Notes under the pieces: model-generated
Told to the model about the DNA's origin: nothing
The model's database searches: none
The model's input: the letters and a program-made list of their open reading frames with translations, nothing else
Position numbers and translations under genes: made by a program
In this document: positions 1 to 8,585 of the stretch, one piece after another
How the letters are laid out: each line of letters begins with the position of its first letter
Numbering within the stretch: the first letter of the stretch is position 1
From: Thermoleophilia bacterium
Lineage (GTDB): Bacteria; Actinomycetota; Thermoleophilia; Gaiellales; F1-60-MAGs149
Length of the DNA stretch: 64,000 bases
Direction: 5' to 3'
Assembly (NCBI GenBank): GCA_037133755.1
Contig: JBAXNN010000002.1
Coordinates: 26,595 to 90,594 of the forward strand

Positions 1-1189
1 CGACCTCGACGATGCTGAGGACCGGTCCGAAGACCTCCTCGCGCGCGATCTCCATGTCGGCGGTGACGCCCTGGACGATCGTCGGGCCGACGTACGCGCC
101 CTCCTCGGACAGACCAGTCGAGCGGCCGTCGATGGCCAGCGTCGCGCCCTGCGCGAGGGCGTTATCGATCATGCCGCGGATGCGGTCGCGGGCCTCGCAG
201 GAGACGACGGGGCCGACGCTCGTGCTCGACTCCATGCCGTCACCGACGGTCAGCGCCTCGGTACGGGGCAGGAGCTCCTTGGCGAGGTCCTTCCACGCGC
301 CACCCACGGCGACGATGATCGAGCCGGCCATGCAGCGCTGGCCCGCAGCACCGAAGGCCGAGCCGATGATGTTGTCGGCCGTCTTGTCCATGATCGCGTC
401 GGGCATGACGAGCATCGAGTTCTTCGCACCGCCGAGCGCCTGGACGCGCTTCTTCTTGGCGGCCGCGCGCTCGTAGATGTACGCGGCGGTCGAGGCCGAG
501 CCGACGAACGAGACGGCGTCGATGCCCGGATGGTCGAGGATGCCGTTGACGACATCGCGCGAGCCGTTGACGAGGTTGACCACGCCGTCGGGCAGACCGA
601 GCTCGTGGATGATCTCGAACACGATCTGCTGCGTCATCGGGACCTGCTCCGACGGCTTCAGGATGAACGTGTTGCCGCAGGCGATCGCGAAGGGCAGGAA
701 CCACATCGGGACCATCGCCGGGAAGTTGAACGGCGTGATCGCGGCGCAGACGCCGACGGGCTGGCGAATCGTCTCGGTGTCGATCTTCGTGGCGACGCCC
801 TCGAGGATGCGTCCCTGCATCGTCGTCGGGATTGCGGTGGCGCACTCGACCATCTCGATCATGCGGGCCACCTCGGCCTGCGCGTCGGGATACGTCTTGC
901 CCATCTCGCGGGTCGCGGTCGCGGCGATCTCATCGGCGCGCTTGACGAGCTGCTCGCGGAAGCCGAAGAGCCAGCGGGCACGCTCGATCGTGCTCTTGGC
1001 CTTCCACGCGGGGAAGGCGGCACGCGCAGCTTGGACGGCGGCGTCGACGTCGTTGGCACCCGACAGCGGGACCTGGGCGAGGACCTCGCCGGTAGCGGGG
1101 TTCGTGATGTCCAGCAGCTCGGAGCTGGTGGACGGCACCCAACCGCCGTTGATGTAGTTCGGCAGGATCTTCGTTGCGGTCGCGCTCAT
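1..1189 (-). CDS. mmsA: Methylmalonate-semialdehyde dehydrogenase (CoA-acylating), partial; C-terminus lies outside the window
   Basis: The frame runs off the window edge, so it is absent from the ORF track. My translation from the ATG at 1189 reads MSATATKILPNYINGGWVPSTSSELLDITNPATGEVL...AITPFNFPAMVPMWFLPFAIACGNTFILKPSEQ. This is an aldehyde dehydrogenase fold with an MmsA-type N-terminus. Confidence 0.85.
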   Translation of the reverse strand, partial: MSATATKILPNYINGGWVPSTSSELLDITNPATGEVLAQVPLSGANDVDAAVQAARAAFPAWKAKSTIERARWLFGFREQLVKRADEIAATATREMGKTYPDAQAEVARMIEMVECATAIPTTMQGRILEGVATKIDTETIRQPVGVCAAITPFNFPAMVPMWFLPFAIACGNTFILKPSEQVPMTQQIVFEIIHELGLPDGVVNLVNGSRDVVNGILDHPGIDAVSFVGSASTAAYIYERAAAKKKRVQALGGAKNSMLVMPDAIMDKTADNIIGSAFGAAGQRCMAGSIIVAVGGAWKDLAKELLPRTEALTVGDGMESSTSVGPVVSCEARDRIRGMIDNALAQGATLAIDGRSTGLSEEGAYVGPTIVQGVTADMEIAREEVFGPVLSIVEV

Positions 1190-1244
1190 ATCTCGATGCA
1201 CCTCAAAGGGGACGTTGGTGATGGGTGGATGCTAGCCGCGCAGC

Positions 1245-1673
1245 CTACGCGGCGGCGCGTTCCATCAGCTGGCGCTTGACGCGCGCCAGGATGGCTCCGA
1301 CGCTGCGCATACGCAGCGGGGAGACGACCTCGATCAGGCCAAGACCCGCCGCGAAGTCGGACGGGGTGCCGAGCACCTCGTCGATCGTGCAGCCGTCGAG
1401 GCCCGCGTGGATGATGCCCGCGAACCCCTTCGACGTCGGTGCCTCATCGGGCGCCGCGAAGTAGAGGCGGACAACGTCACCGTCCTCGATCTCGGCGTGC
1501 ACGAACAGCGGCGTCTGGCATTCGTCCACCCGCTCGAGATCCTGCCCTTCGAAGCGGGCCGGCAGAGCGGGCAGGTCGTTGGCGTACTCAAACAGCAGGT
1601 CGAGGCGCTCGGTGCGGTCGACCTCCTGAAATTCGCCGACGATCTCGGCGAGGCGCGGGGGCAGCTCGCTCAC
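1245..1673 (-). CDS. SufE-like sulfur acceptor protein
   Basis: This is the C-terminal part of ORF 1245..1916. It contains [13 protein letters not shown] (SufE active-site Cys context) and [20 protein letters not shown] start at 1673 overlaps the upstream stop as GTGA. Confidence 0.7.
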   Translation of the reverse strand: MSELPPRLAEIVGEFQEVDRTERLDLLFEYANDLPALPARFEGQDLERVDECQTPLFVHAEIEDGDVVRLYFAAPDEAPTSKGFAGIIHAGLDGCTIDEVLGTPSDFAAGLGLIEVVSPLRMRSVGAILARVKRQLMERAAA

Positions 1674-2548
1674 GCAGGCTTCTCGATCGGCACGCGCACG
1701 GCGTTGCCCCACTCGACCCACGAGCCGTCGTAGTTGCGGACGTGCTCGAAGCCAAGCAGGTGCGTGAGGACGAACCACGTGTGGCTCGAGCGCTCGCCGA
1801 TGCGGCAGTACGTGATGACATCGTCGCCGGCCTTCATGCCGAGCTCGCCCTCGTAGATGCCGCGCAGGTCCTCGACCGACTTGAACGAGCCGTCGTCGTT
1901 GGCGGCGCGCTTCCACGGCACGTTCTGCGCGGTCGGCACGTGCCCGCCGCGCTGCACGCCCTCCTGCGGATAGTCGGGCATGTGCAGCAGCTCGCCGGAG
2001 AACTCGCCGGGCGAGCGCACGTCGACGAGGGGACCGTTGCCGATGTGCTTGAGCACGTCCTCCTTGAAGGCGCGGATCGTCGCGTCATCGCGCGGCACGA
2101 CGGGGTACGTGCTCGGCGTCGCCACGGTAGCGTCGGTCGTCATGTCGCGGCCCTCGGCGACCCACTTGGCGCGGCCACCGTCGAGCAGGCGCACGTCGGC
2201 GTGGCCGAAGAGGCTGAAGACCCAGAGGGCGTACGCGGCCCACCAGTTGAAGTTGTCGCCGTAGACCACGACCGTCGAGTCGGGCGTGATGCCGCGGGCG
2301 CTGCACATGGCGGCGAACGCCTCGGGCGAGACGTAATCGCGCATCACGTCGTCGTTGAGATCTAGATGCCAGTCGACGTGATGGGCGCCGGGGATGTGGC
2401 CCGTGCGGTAGAGCAGCACGTCCTCGTTCGACTCGATTACGACGAGGCCGTTGTCGCCGAGGTGCTCGGCGAGCCAGTCGGTCGTGACGAGGCGCTCCGG
2501 ATGGGCGTAGGCCTGGAGCTTGGATGCGGAATCAGCGGCGATCGTCAT
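1670..2548 (-). CDS. Thiosulfate sulfurtransferase (tandem rhodanese domains)
   Basis: ORF 1670..2587, with the start taken at [26 protein letters not shown]. It contains [15 protein letters not shown] (rhodanese active-site loop, CRxGxR). Confidence 0.85.
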   Translation of the reverse strand: MTIAADSASKLQAYAHPERLVTTDWLAEHLGDNGLVVIESNEDVLLYRTGHIPGAHHVDWHLDLNDDVMRDYVSPEAFAAMCSARGITPDSTVVVYGDNFNWWAAYALWVFSLFGHADVRLLDGGRAKWVAEGRDMTTDATVATPSTYPVVPRDDATIRAFKEDVLKHIGNGPLVDVRSPGEFSGELLHMPDYPQEGVQRGGHVPTAQNVPWKRAANDDGSFKSVEDLRGIYEGELGMKAGDDVITYCRIGERSSHTWFVLTHLLGFEHVRNYDGSWVEWGNAVRVPIEKPA

Positions 2549-2620
2549 GAGGTCCTCAGATGATGGAGTGCGGCACGGTGGAGCCATGCCGAATGGTAGG
2601 AGTGCTTCGTACTTCTGGGG

Positions 2621-3331
2621 TCAGAGCGGTGCGAGTCGATCCACGATCCGGTCGAGCGGCGACCAGAACGCGGACTGCGCGGCGGGGGTGCTCTGCAGAG
2701 CGGAGAGATGGCCGTACGTGCAGTCGTCGTCCGACGCCAGCACGCGTACCGCGGCCGGATGCGGCGCAATCGAGTTGACGATCGACGCTGCCCCGCGCTC
2801 GCCCACAACCTGATCCCGGTCGCCGACGAGCATCGTGACCGTCGTGGTCGGGGGCACGACGAGCGGGCCGCGATCGTGACCGCGGACGAAGTACGGGAAC
2901 ACGCCGAAGACCGCAGACGGCACGGGGATGCCCCAGCGCTCGGCCTCCGCGGCCGCCACGACGGCGAGGCCCGCGCCGTACGAGTAGCCCGCGGCGATCA
3001 ACGGCCGGTCGGTCAGGCCGAGCTCGGCGAGACCATCGCGCACGCCGGCGACGGCACCGGCCAGCATCTGCCGGCGCGACGATCGCAGGCTCGCCTGATA
3101 GCGGGGAAACACCACGGTGACGTTGCGCCCCGTGAGGTGACGGATCCACTGCAGGTAGTTGCGGGGCGTGCGGTCGCTCCAGCCGTGCAGCAGCACGACC
3201 GTGGCGCGCGACTCGCCGTCAGGGTGAAAGACGTCGGCCGTGCCAGCCTCGACCGTGGCGGCATCCGACGGCGGACCTTCCCACGTCGCTGCCAGCTTGG
3301 AGACGGCCAGAGCGGGGAGGGGAGTACGCAT
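2621..3331 (-). CDS. Alpha/beta hydrolase family protein (no signal peptide seen)
   Basis: 236 aa with VVLLHGW, a GYSYG nucleophile-elbow-like motif and an LVGDRDQVVG acid loop. It is a paralog of the next gene. Confidence 0.6.
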   Translation of the reverse strand: MRTPLPALAVSKLAATWEGPPSDAATVEAGTADVFHPDGESRATVVLLHGWSDRTPRNYLQWIRHLTGRNVTVVFPRYQASLRSSRRQMLAGAVAGVRDGLAELGLTDRPLIAAGYSYGAGLAVVAAAEAERWGIPVPSAVFGVFPYFVRGHDRGPLVVPPTTTVTMLVGDRDQVVGERGAASIVNSIAPHPAAVRVLASDDDCTYGHLSALQSTPAAQSAFWSPLDRIVDRLAPL

Positions 3332-3376
3332 GCTCCCTGCTCTTCGCGCACCGTGGAGCGCGCGGACTGCGCCGCC

Positions 3377-4114
3377 TCAGTTCGGTGCGAGCCGGTCTAC
3401 GAGCTTGTCAAGCGGCAGCCAGAACGCTTTCTGCGCCTGGGCGTCCGTGCCCTTCGGCGCGAAGTGATCGAACGTGATGGCATCTGTCGACTTGAGGGTC
3501 GTGATCGTGGCGGGGTGCGGCGCGATCGCGGCCGCCAACTGCTCAGCGCCGTTCGTGCCCACGACCTGATCGGCATCGCCGACCAGCAGGGACACGCTCG
3601 TGGCCTTCGGCACGGTGCCAAACGGCTGAGGCACCGTCGGCGGCATGGCGGGGAACACGCCGTAGACCGCGGCGGGCTCTGGCACGTCCCACGCCGTGGC
3701 GTTGGCGGCGTAGACGACGGCGAAGCCACCTCCGAGCGAGTAGCCAGCGGCGACGACCGGGCCCTGCGGCGGTGCCTGCTCGAACCCGGCGCGGATCGCC
3801 TGCTCCGTGCCGTCGAGCATCTGGCTCGGCGTCGACAGGATGCCGCGTTGATAGCGCGGGTAGATGACCATCACGCCCGTCTCGTTGAGATGCGCGATCC
3901 ACGGCTCGTAGCCCTTGGGCGCCACGTCGTTCCAGCCGTGGAGCAACACGACGGTGGCGCGCTCGGTGCCCTGTGCCGGGAAGACGTCGGCGGTCGCCGT
4001 CGTGGGCGCGGTGGTCGCGGCCTGGATCGTCGTCGGTGCGTCGCCCGTACGCGTCGTCGCTCCACCACAGCCCACGAGGAGAAGGGCGGCGAGGAGAGGG
4101 AGGAGGCGTCGCAT
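3377..4114 (-). CDS. Lipoprotein alpha/beta hydrolase family protein
   Basis: 245 aa. MRRLLPLLAALLLVGCGG is a lipobox. It has VVLLHGW, GYSLGG and LVGDADQVVG, and it is colinear with 2621..3331. Confidence 0.65.
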   Translation of the reverse strand: MRRLLPLLAALLLVGCGGATTRTGDAPTTIQAATTAPTTATADVFPAQGTERATVVLLHGWNDVAPKGYEPWIAHLNETGVMVIYPRYQRGILSTPSQMLDGTEQAIRAGFEQAPPQGPVVAAGYSLGGGFAVVYAANATAWDVPEPAAVYGVFPAMPPTVPQPFGTVPKATSVSLLVGDADQVVGTNGAEQLAAAIAPHPATITTLKSTDAITFDHFAPKGTDAQAQKAFWLPLDKLVDRLAPN

Positions 4115-5055
4115 CAGAAGTGGAAGAGCTCGCCCTGCGCCGGGCCGGGCGCGGTGGAGACGGGCACGTGCGCATCATGCAGCAGCTGACGCAGCCGATC
4201 GGCGTTGTCGGGCCCCTGCGTGTCGGCGTTCGTGTTGAACATCGCGTAGGCCTTGGTGGTCGCGCGCGACAGCTCGCGCAGCGGCTCGATCCACTCCGAC
4301 AGCTCGGCATCGGAGTAGAGATGGTCGAAGCGCGACGACGCGCCCTCGCCGCGGCTGTTCCAGGTCGCCGCGTTGCGGCCGTGGAAGCGCACGTAGGCGG
4401 TATCGGTGGTGGAGGCGATCACCGTCTGCGCGACGTTGGTCGTGTGCACCTTCGGCGCATCGACCACGACGTACGTGAGGTTGCGCTCGCGCAGCGACGA
4501 GAACGTCTCCTCCTGCAGATCAGGCGCGAGCCAGTCGTGCTGACGAAACTCGATCAGCAGCTCGTCGTCGGGGAGGGCGGTGCGGGCGTGGTCGATCACC
4601 TCCCAGGCATGCCGGCCGGGGATCGCCGAGTGCGGCAGCTGAAACAGCACGCCGCCGAGCTTGTCCTCTGCGCGCAGCGGATCGAGCGCGCGGCGAAAGC
4701 GGGCGAAGACGCGATCGCGCAGCGCCTCGCTCGGCACGACGTAGCCCTGTGGCGTCACCTCATCGACGAGCGTGCGCAAATCAGCGGGCAACTGCTCGGG
4801 GCGCACGCGGTGCCCCGTCATCAGCCCAAACGCCTTGATGTGGAAGACGAAGCCGGGCGGCGTGCGCTGCCCCCAGTTGTAGACCGTGTGATCGGCCGGG
4901 ATGGCGTAGTACGACGAGTCGACCTCGACCGTGTCGTAGTGCTCCGCGTAGAACCGCAGGCGCGCTTCGGCCGTCGTCGCCGTGCTGGGGTACCAGTCGG
5001 CGATCAGGCCCTTCTCGACCCACGCGCACGTGCCAACGCGGATCGTGGCGCTCAC
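4114..5055 (-). CDS. DUF72 (YecE-like) family protein
   Basis: 313 aa. MSATIRVGTCAWVEKGLIADWYP...RLRFYAEHYDTVEVDSSYYAIP is typical of DUF72. The GTG start overlaps the puuE stop. Confidence 0.75.
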   Translation of the reverse strand: MSATIRVGTCAWVEKGLIADWYPSTATTAEARLRFYAEHYDTVEVDSSYYAIPADHTVYNWGQRTPPGFVFHIKAFGLMTGHRVRPEQLPADLRTLVDEVTPQGYVVPSEALRDRVFARFRRALDPLRAEDKLGGVLFQLPHSAIPGRHAWEVIDHARTALPDDELLIEFRQHDWLAPDLQEETFSSLRERNLTYVVVDAPKVHTTNVAQTVIASTTDTAYVRFHGRNAATWNSRGEGASSRFDHLYSDAELSEWIEPLRELSRATTKAYAMFNTNADTQGPDNADRLRQLLHDAHVPVSTAPGPAQGELFHF

Positions 5056-5951
5056 GCGGGTGGGTGCTCGGCGATCCAGTGACGCGCGATGTCGACGCGG
5101 CGGGTCGTCCAGACGGCGTCGTGCTTGTTGATGTGCTCGAGCACGCGACGCAGGCCATCGATGCGACCAGGTCGGCCGATCAGACGGCAGTGCAGGCCGA
5201 CGTTGAGGATGCGCGGCGTCGTGGCGCCTTCGCGATAGAGCGCGTTGAAGGCGTCGATGACGTACGTCGAGAAGTCCTCGGCGGTGCCGAACCCGTTCGG
5301 CGTCGAGAAGCGCGCGTCATTCGCGTCGAGCGTGTACGGGATCACGAGGTGGTCGGTACCAGCCTCGCGCGTCCAGAACGGCAACTCGTCGGAGTAGTCG
5401 TCGGACGAGTAGAGGAACCCGCCCTCCTCGGCCACCAGGCGACGCGTGTTGGGCGAGAAGCGGCCGGTGTACCAGCCGTAGGGGCGTTCGCCACCCGCCG
5501 TCTCGATCGCGCGGATCGTGCGCTGGATGTGGTCGCGCTCGACGTCCTCGGGCACGTTCGAATAGTCGTACCAGCGGTAGCCGTGGCTGCAGATCTCGTG
5601 CCCGGCCTTCGCCGCGGCGGTGACCGGATCGGGATTCAGCTCGGTGGCCAGGCCGCACGCGAACATCGTCAGCGGCAGCTGCGCCTCGTCGAAGGCATCG
5701 AGGACGCGCCAGACGCCGACCTTGCCACCGAACTCGTAGATCGTCTCCGTGCTGTAATCGCGCGTCGTGCGCGCCTCGCCCATGATCTCGTGCAGGTACG
5801 TCTCGCTGACGGGATCGCCGTTGAGCGGCGTGCGCTCGGCGCCCTCCTCGTAGTTGAGGACGAAGCTGACGGCCACGCGTGCGCCGCCGGGCCAGTTCGC
5901 CTGGGGCGGGGTGCGGCCGTAGCCGACGAGATCGCGAGGACGGTTGGGCAT
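5052..5951 (-). CDS. puuE: PuuE-type allantoinase (polysaccharide deacetylase fold)
   Basis: 299 aa. PRDLVGYGRTPPQANWPGGARVAVSFVLNYEEGAE...HEICSHGYRWYDY...LVIPYTLDANDARF...GLHCRLIGRPGR closely follows PuuE as I recall it. Confidence 0.8.
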   Translation of the reverse strand: MPNRPRDLVGYGRTPPQANWPGGARVAVSFVLNYEEGAERTPLNGDPVSETYLHEIMGEARTTRDYSTETIYEFGGKVGVWRVLDAFDEAQLPLTMFACGLATELNPDPVTAAAKAGHEICSHGYRWYDYSNVPEDVERDHIQRTIRAIETAGGERPYGWYTGRFSPNTRRLVAEEGGFLYSSDDYSDELPFWTREAGTDHLVIPYTLDANDARFSTPNGFGTAEDFSTYVIDAFNALYREGATTPRILNVGLHCRLIGRPGRIDGLRRVLEHINKHDAVWTTRRVDIARHWIAEHPPA

Positions 5952-6006
5952 GGGGGAATCCTAGGCGCACCTACTCGCCTCGTCGTGGTGCGACGCCCCG
6001 TACCCT

Positions 6007-6816
6007 GTGGGGGTGACTCCGGACGCCCCGATCGGCATGTTCGACTCCGGCGTGGGCGGCCTGACCGTTCTGCACGCCACGCTCGTGCGCCTGCCCAACG
6101 AGGATGTCGTCTACCTGGGCGACACCGGCCGCTTTCCGTACGGGCCGCGCTCCAAGGACGAGCTGATCACGTACGGCCGCGAGCTGACCGCGATCCTCGT
6201 GGAGCAGGGCGCGAAGCTGATCGTCGTCGCGTGTAATTCCGCGACCGCTGCGGCGCTGCCCGCGCTGCAGCGCGAGTCGCCCGTGCCCGTGCTCGGCGTG
6301 ATCACGCCGGAGGCGCACGCCGCCGTGCAGGCCACGCGCGTCCGCAAGGTGGGCGTGCTCGCCACCGAGGCGACCGTCAATAGCCAGCGCTACGTCGAGG
6401 CGATTCATGATCTCGACGCCGGCATCGAGGTAACGCAGGTCGCCTGCCCGGGCCTGGCCGAGTCGATCCAGGGCGGCGAGCCGTACTCCGAGCGCACGCT
6501 CGAGCTTGTCCAGACCGCCTGCGCACCGCTCCGCGAGGCCGGCGTCGACGTCGTCGTGCTCGGCTGCACGCACTACCCGCTGGTCCGCCACATGCTCCAG
6601 CGCGAGCTCGGCCCGGACGTGCAGACGATCGCCGCCGCCGAAGAGCTCGCCGAGGAGATCGCCGAGACGCTCATGCGCAAGGGCTGGCAGCGCGGCGACG
6701 ACCATCGCGGGGCGTACCGCTTTCTCGCCACGGGCGATGTCGAGGCCTTCCGCGAGGAAGGCACGCGCTTCCTGCAGTTGCCGATTGGCGACGTCGAGCA
6801 CGTCGCTGTCGGCTGA
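6007..6816 (+). CDS. murI: Glutamate racemase
   Basis: 269 aa with IGMFDSGVGGLTVL, VVACNSATAAAL and VLGCTHYPL (the two catalytic Cys contexts). The start is 6007 or 6013, both GTG. Confidence 0.9.
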   Translation: MGVTPDAPIGMFDSGVGGLTVLHATLVRLPNEDVVYLGDTGRFPYGPRSKDELITYGRELTAILVEQGAKLIVVACNSATAAALPALQRESPVPVLGVITPEAHAAVQATRVRKVGVLATEATVNSQRYVEAIHDLDAGIEVTQVACPGLAESIQGGEPYSERTLELVQTACAPLREAGVDVVVLGCTHYPLVRHMLQRELGPDVQTIAAAEELAEEIAETLMRKGWQRGDDHRGAYRFLATGDVEAFREEGTRFLQLPIGDVEHVAVG

Positions 6817-6914
6817 CCTCAAGGCGCGTGTACGCTGCGGGTGCTCGATCCCGCTGCGCTCCATGATCTGCGCTCGAGCCGATGTTCCATCCAATGGGAC
6901 CCTGACTGTCCCGG

Positions 6915-7095
6915 CGCCACCCTAACCCGGTCGCGTCGAGCGGGGGACCCACCTGCATAAAGCAGGTTCGACGGGACACGGAGCGCGGCGGGTGAAAGCA
7001 CCTCGCACCCGGTTGGCGTGCCGCGGGGCAGACGCGGGAATCTTCGGATGCCGGCTCTGTGTGCCGCGGTAGCGTCAGGCCATGGCAGCGATCGA
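6915..7095 (+). ncRNA. Candidate ydaO/yuaA-type (c-di-AMP) riboswitch in the leader of 7311..8546
   Basis: GAGCGGGGGACCCA at 6938..6951 exactly matches the conserved core I recall from the Bacillus ydaO element. It is followed by a hairpin CCTGC-ATAAA-GCAGG (6952..6966) and a GGGTGAAAGC element (6990..6999), which resembles GGGGUGAAUC. It is on the same strand as the downstream gene. The boundaries are approximate. Confidence 0.45.
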
Positions 7096-7207
7096 GCGAC
7101 ACCGTGTTCTCCCGACCACGCGCAGCGGCACGATCGGCGCGCTCCCAACCGCTATCGCGTTAGTCATTCTCGTCGTCCTGCTCGGCATGGAGGCGACTGG
7201 GCTGATG

Positions 7208-7238
7208 GCGTAGCTGGTTGCGTAGCTGGTTGCGTAGC
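7208..7238. repeat. 12-nt tandem repeat GCGTAGCTGGTT, 2.6 copies
   Basis: I read it directly: gcgtagctggtt gcgtagctggtt gcgtagc, inside the untranslated leader. Confidence 0.8.
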
Positions 7239-7310
7239 GACGACACGCAAACCGAACATGTGGCTTGTGGCGAAAACGCGGTGCGGCTTTCCCGCTGATA
7301 CGGTGAAGGC

Positions 7311-8546
7311 ATGCGAACCCTCTTGCGTCGCCGCAACCTGCTCGCCCTCGCCGTCATCGTCGCCTTCGCGCTGGTGGTTGCGCCCAGTGCCTCCGCCGGC
7401 GCGATCTCGACGGTGGTCCAAGTCGGCGAGACCGCTGGCTCGATCTCGCCGAGCACCGTCACCGGCGCAGCAGGGGATACCTTGCAGGTGCACAACGCTG
7501 GAACGCACGCAGGGTCGTATGGCGAATACATCACCATCGAGAACGGCACCGGAACGGCCTCGCTCGGCGGGTACCCGTGTACGAACTCTGGCATCTGCAT
7601 GATCGTGGACGGGTCGACCGAAACACTCACCATCCTCACCCCCGGCACGTTCTGGATCGTGCGCGAATCGTTTAATACGGGCACGACGACAATCGGGACA
7701 CTCACAGTCTCTGCACCTGCACCCGCAGTTGACCCGGTCACCGCCGTGCCGGGCGCGCTCGACTGCGCCTCCAGCAACTGGAACTTCGGCGTCGTCGACT
7801 ACACGCAGGGCGGGTTTGGCGATCAGATCCTCGTGACGTGGGGCATGCCGAAGGTCTGCAGCGGCGGCGTCGCATCCTTTGTGCTCCGGCAGACGACGCC
7901 CGACGGCGCCTCGACGAATGTCCCGGTGGCTTTGTGCACGCCGGACCTCGTCGTCAAGCCTGGGTCATCCGATGCCCTCTGGTCCTGCGCGCTCAAGGTC
8001 GCCGCAGTACCGGCAAACACGCTCGAGTTCCAGGTCGTCGCGACGACGACCGGTGGGCTACAGGCGTCCTCGCGCAGCGTGCAGTGGGTGCGCGATGCGG
8101 CACCAAATGCTGACGTCGCGGGACCGGGCGCCGGTGCCTGCTCGGGGAGGATTTCACCCACTGGCTCTGGCGCGGCCCTAGGGTCAAGCCCGAACCTCAT
8201 TTGCTTCATCGTGCAGCTTGTCATCCAGACCGAGTACGCCTCGAACGGCAACCAGGCGCTGACGGACAAGCAGGCGCGCGAGCTCCTCAACATCGGCGTT
8301 GCCTTCTCCGACACCCAGTCCGCCCGTTCGGGCCGTGCCGCCAAGGCCAAGTGGGTCTCGATCGGCAAGAAGACGATGAAGATCAAGAAGGCAGGCAAGC
8401 TGCGCGTCTCGCTGCCGCTGTCGAAGAAGGGCGTGGCGCTCCTGCGCAAGGGCCCGCTGAAGGTGCGCGTGACCTACACGCTGACCCGCGGCACTGCCAC
8501 GCGGACGATCGTGCAGTACGCGACGCTGCCGCGCATCGCGTCGTAG
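7311..8546 (+). CDS. Secreted cysteine-rich protein of unknown function
   Basis: 411 aa. Signal peptide MRTLLRRRNLLALAVIVAFALVVAPSASAGA. GC3 is good. The C-terminus is lysine-rich (KKTMKIKKAGKLRVSLPLSKKGVALLRKGPLKVRVTYTL). I recognised no family. Confidence 0.7.
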   Translation: MRTLLRRRNLLALAVIVAFALVVAPSASAGAISTVVQVGETAGSISPSTVTGAAGDTLQVHNAGTHAGSYGEYITIENGTGTASLGGYPCTNSGICMIVDGSTETLTILTPGTFWIVRESFNTGTTTIGTLTVSAPAPAVDPVTAVPGALDCASSNWNFGVVDYTQGGFGDQILVTWGMPKVCSGGVASFVLRQTTPDGASTNVPVALCTPDLVVKPGSSDALWSCALKVAAVPANTLEFQVVATTTGGLQASSRSVQWVRDAAPNADVAGPGAGACSGRISPTGSGAALGSSPNLICFIVQLVIQTEYASNGNQALTDKQARELLNIGVAFSDTQSARSGRAAKAKWVSIGKKTMKIKKAGKLRVSLPLSKKGVALLRKGPLKVRVTYTLTRGTATRTIVQYATLPRIAS

Positions 8547-8585
8547 GCGCAACCGCCGGGGCTTTCCCGGTGCGACACTTCACGT

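Noticed and set aside
2708-5082. Plus-strand ORFs 2708..4189 (493 aa) and 3973..5082 (369 aa).
   Set aside because: They are antisense to the two hydrolase genes and DUF72, have an Arg/Gly/Asp-rich composition, show no motifs, and the minus-strand genes have clear family signatures and coupled starts.
6930-7000. Possible tmRNA 5' end (GGGGGAC...GGTTCGACGGGA resembles GGGGCUGA..GGAUUCGACGGGA). I also considered a permuted two-piece tmRNA using the GCGGG...CCCGCTGCGCTCCA element at 6848..6873.
   Set aside because: I found no tRNA-like 3' end (T-arm plus ACCA) downstream. No tag reading frame ends in a hydrophobic Ala-rich peptide. The acceptor-stem strands I tried do not pair with a G-U at position 3. 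The ydaO-type core explains GAGCGGGGGACCCA better.
6817-7310. RNase P RNA, SRP RNA or 6S RNA in the long murI-downstream gap.
   Set aside because: The universal RNase P block GAGGAAAGTCCGG is not present on either strand, nor is the SRP GGAAGCAGCC-type motif. 6S RNA cannot be judged by eye and is left untested.
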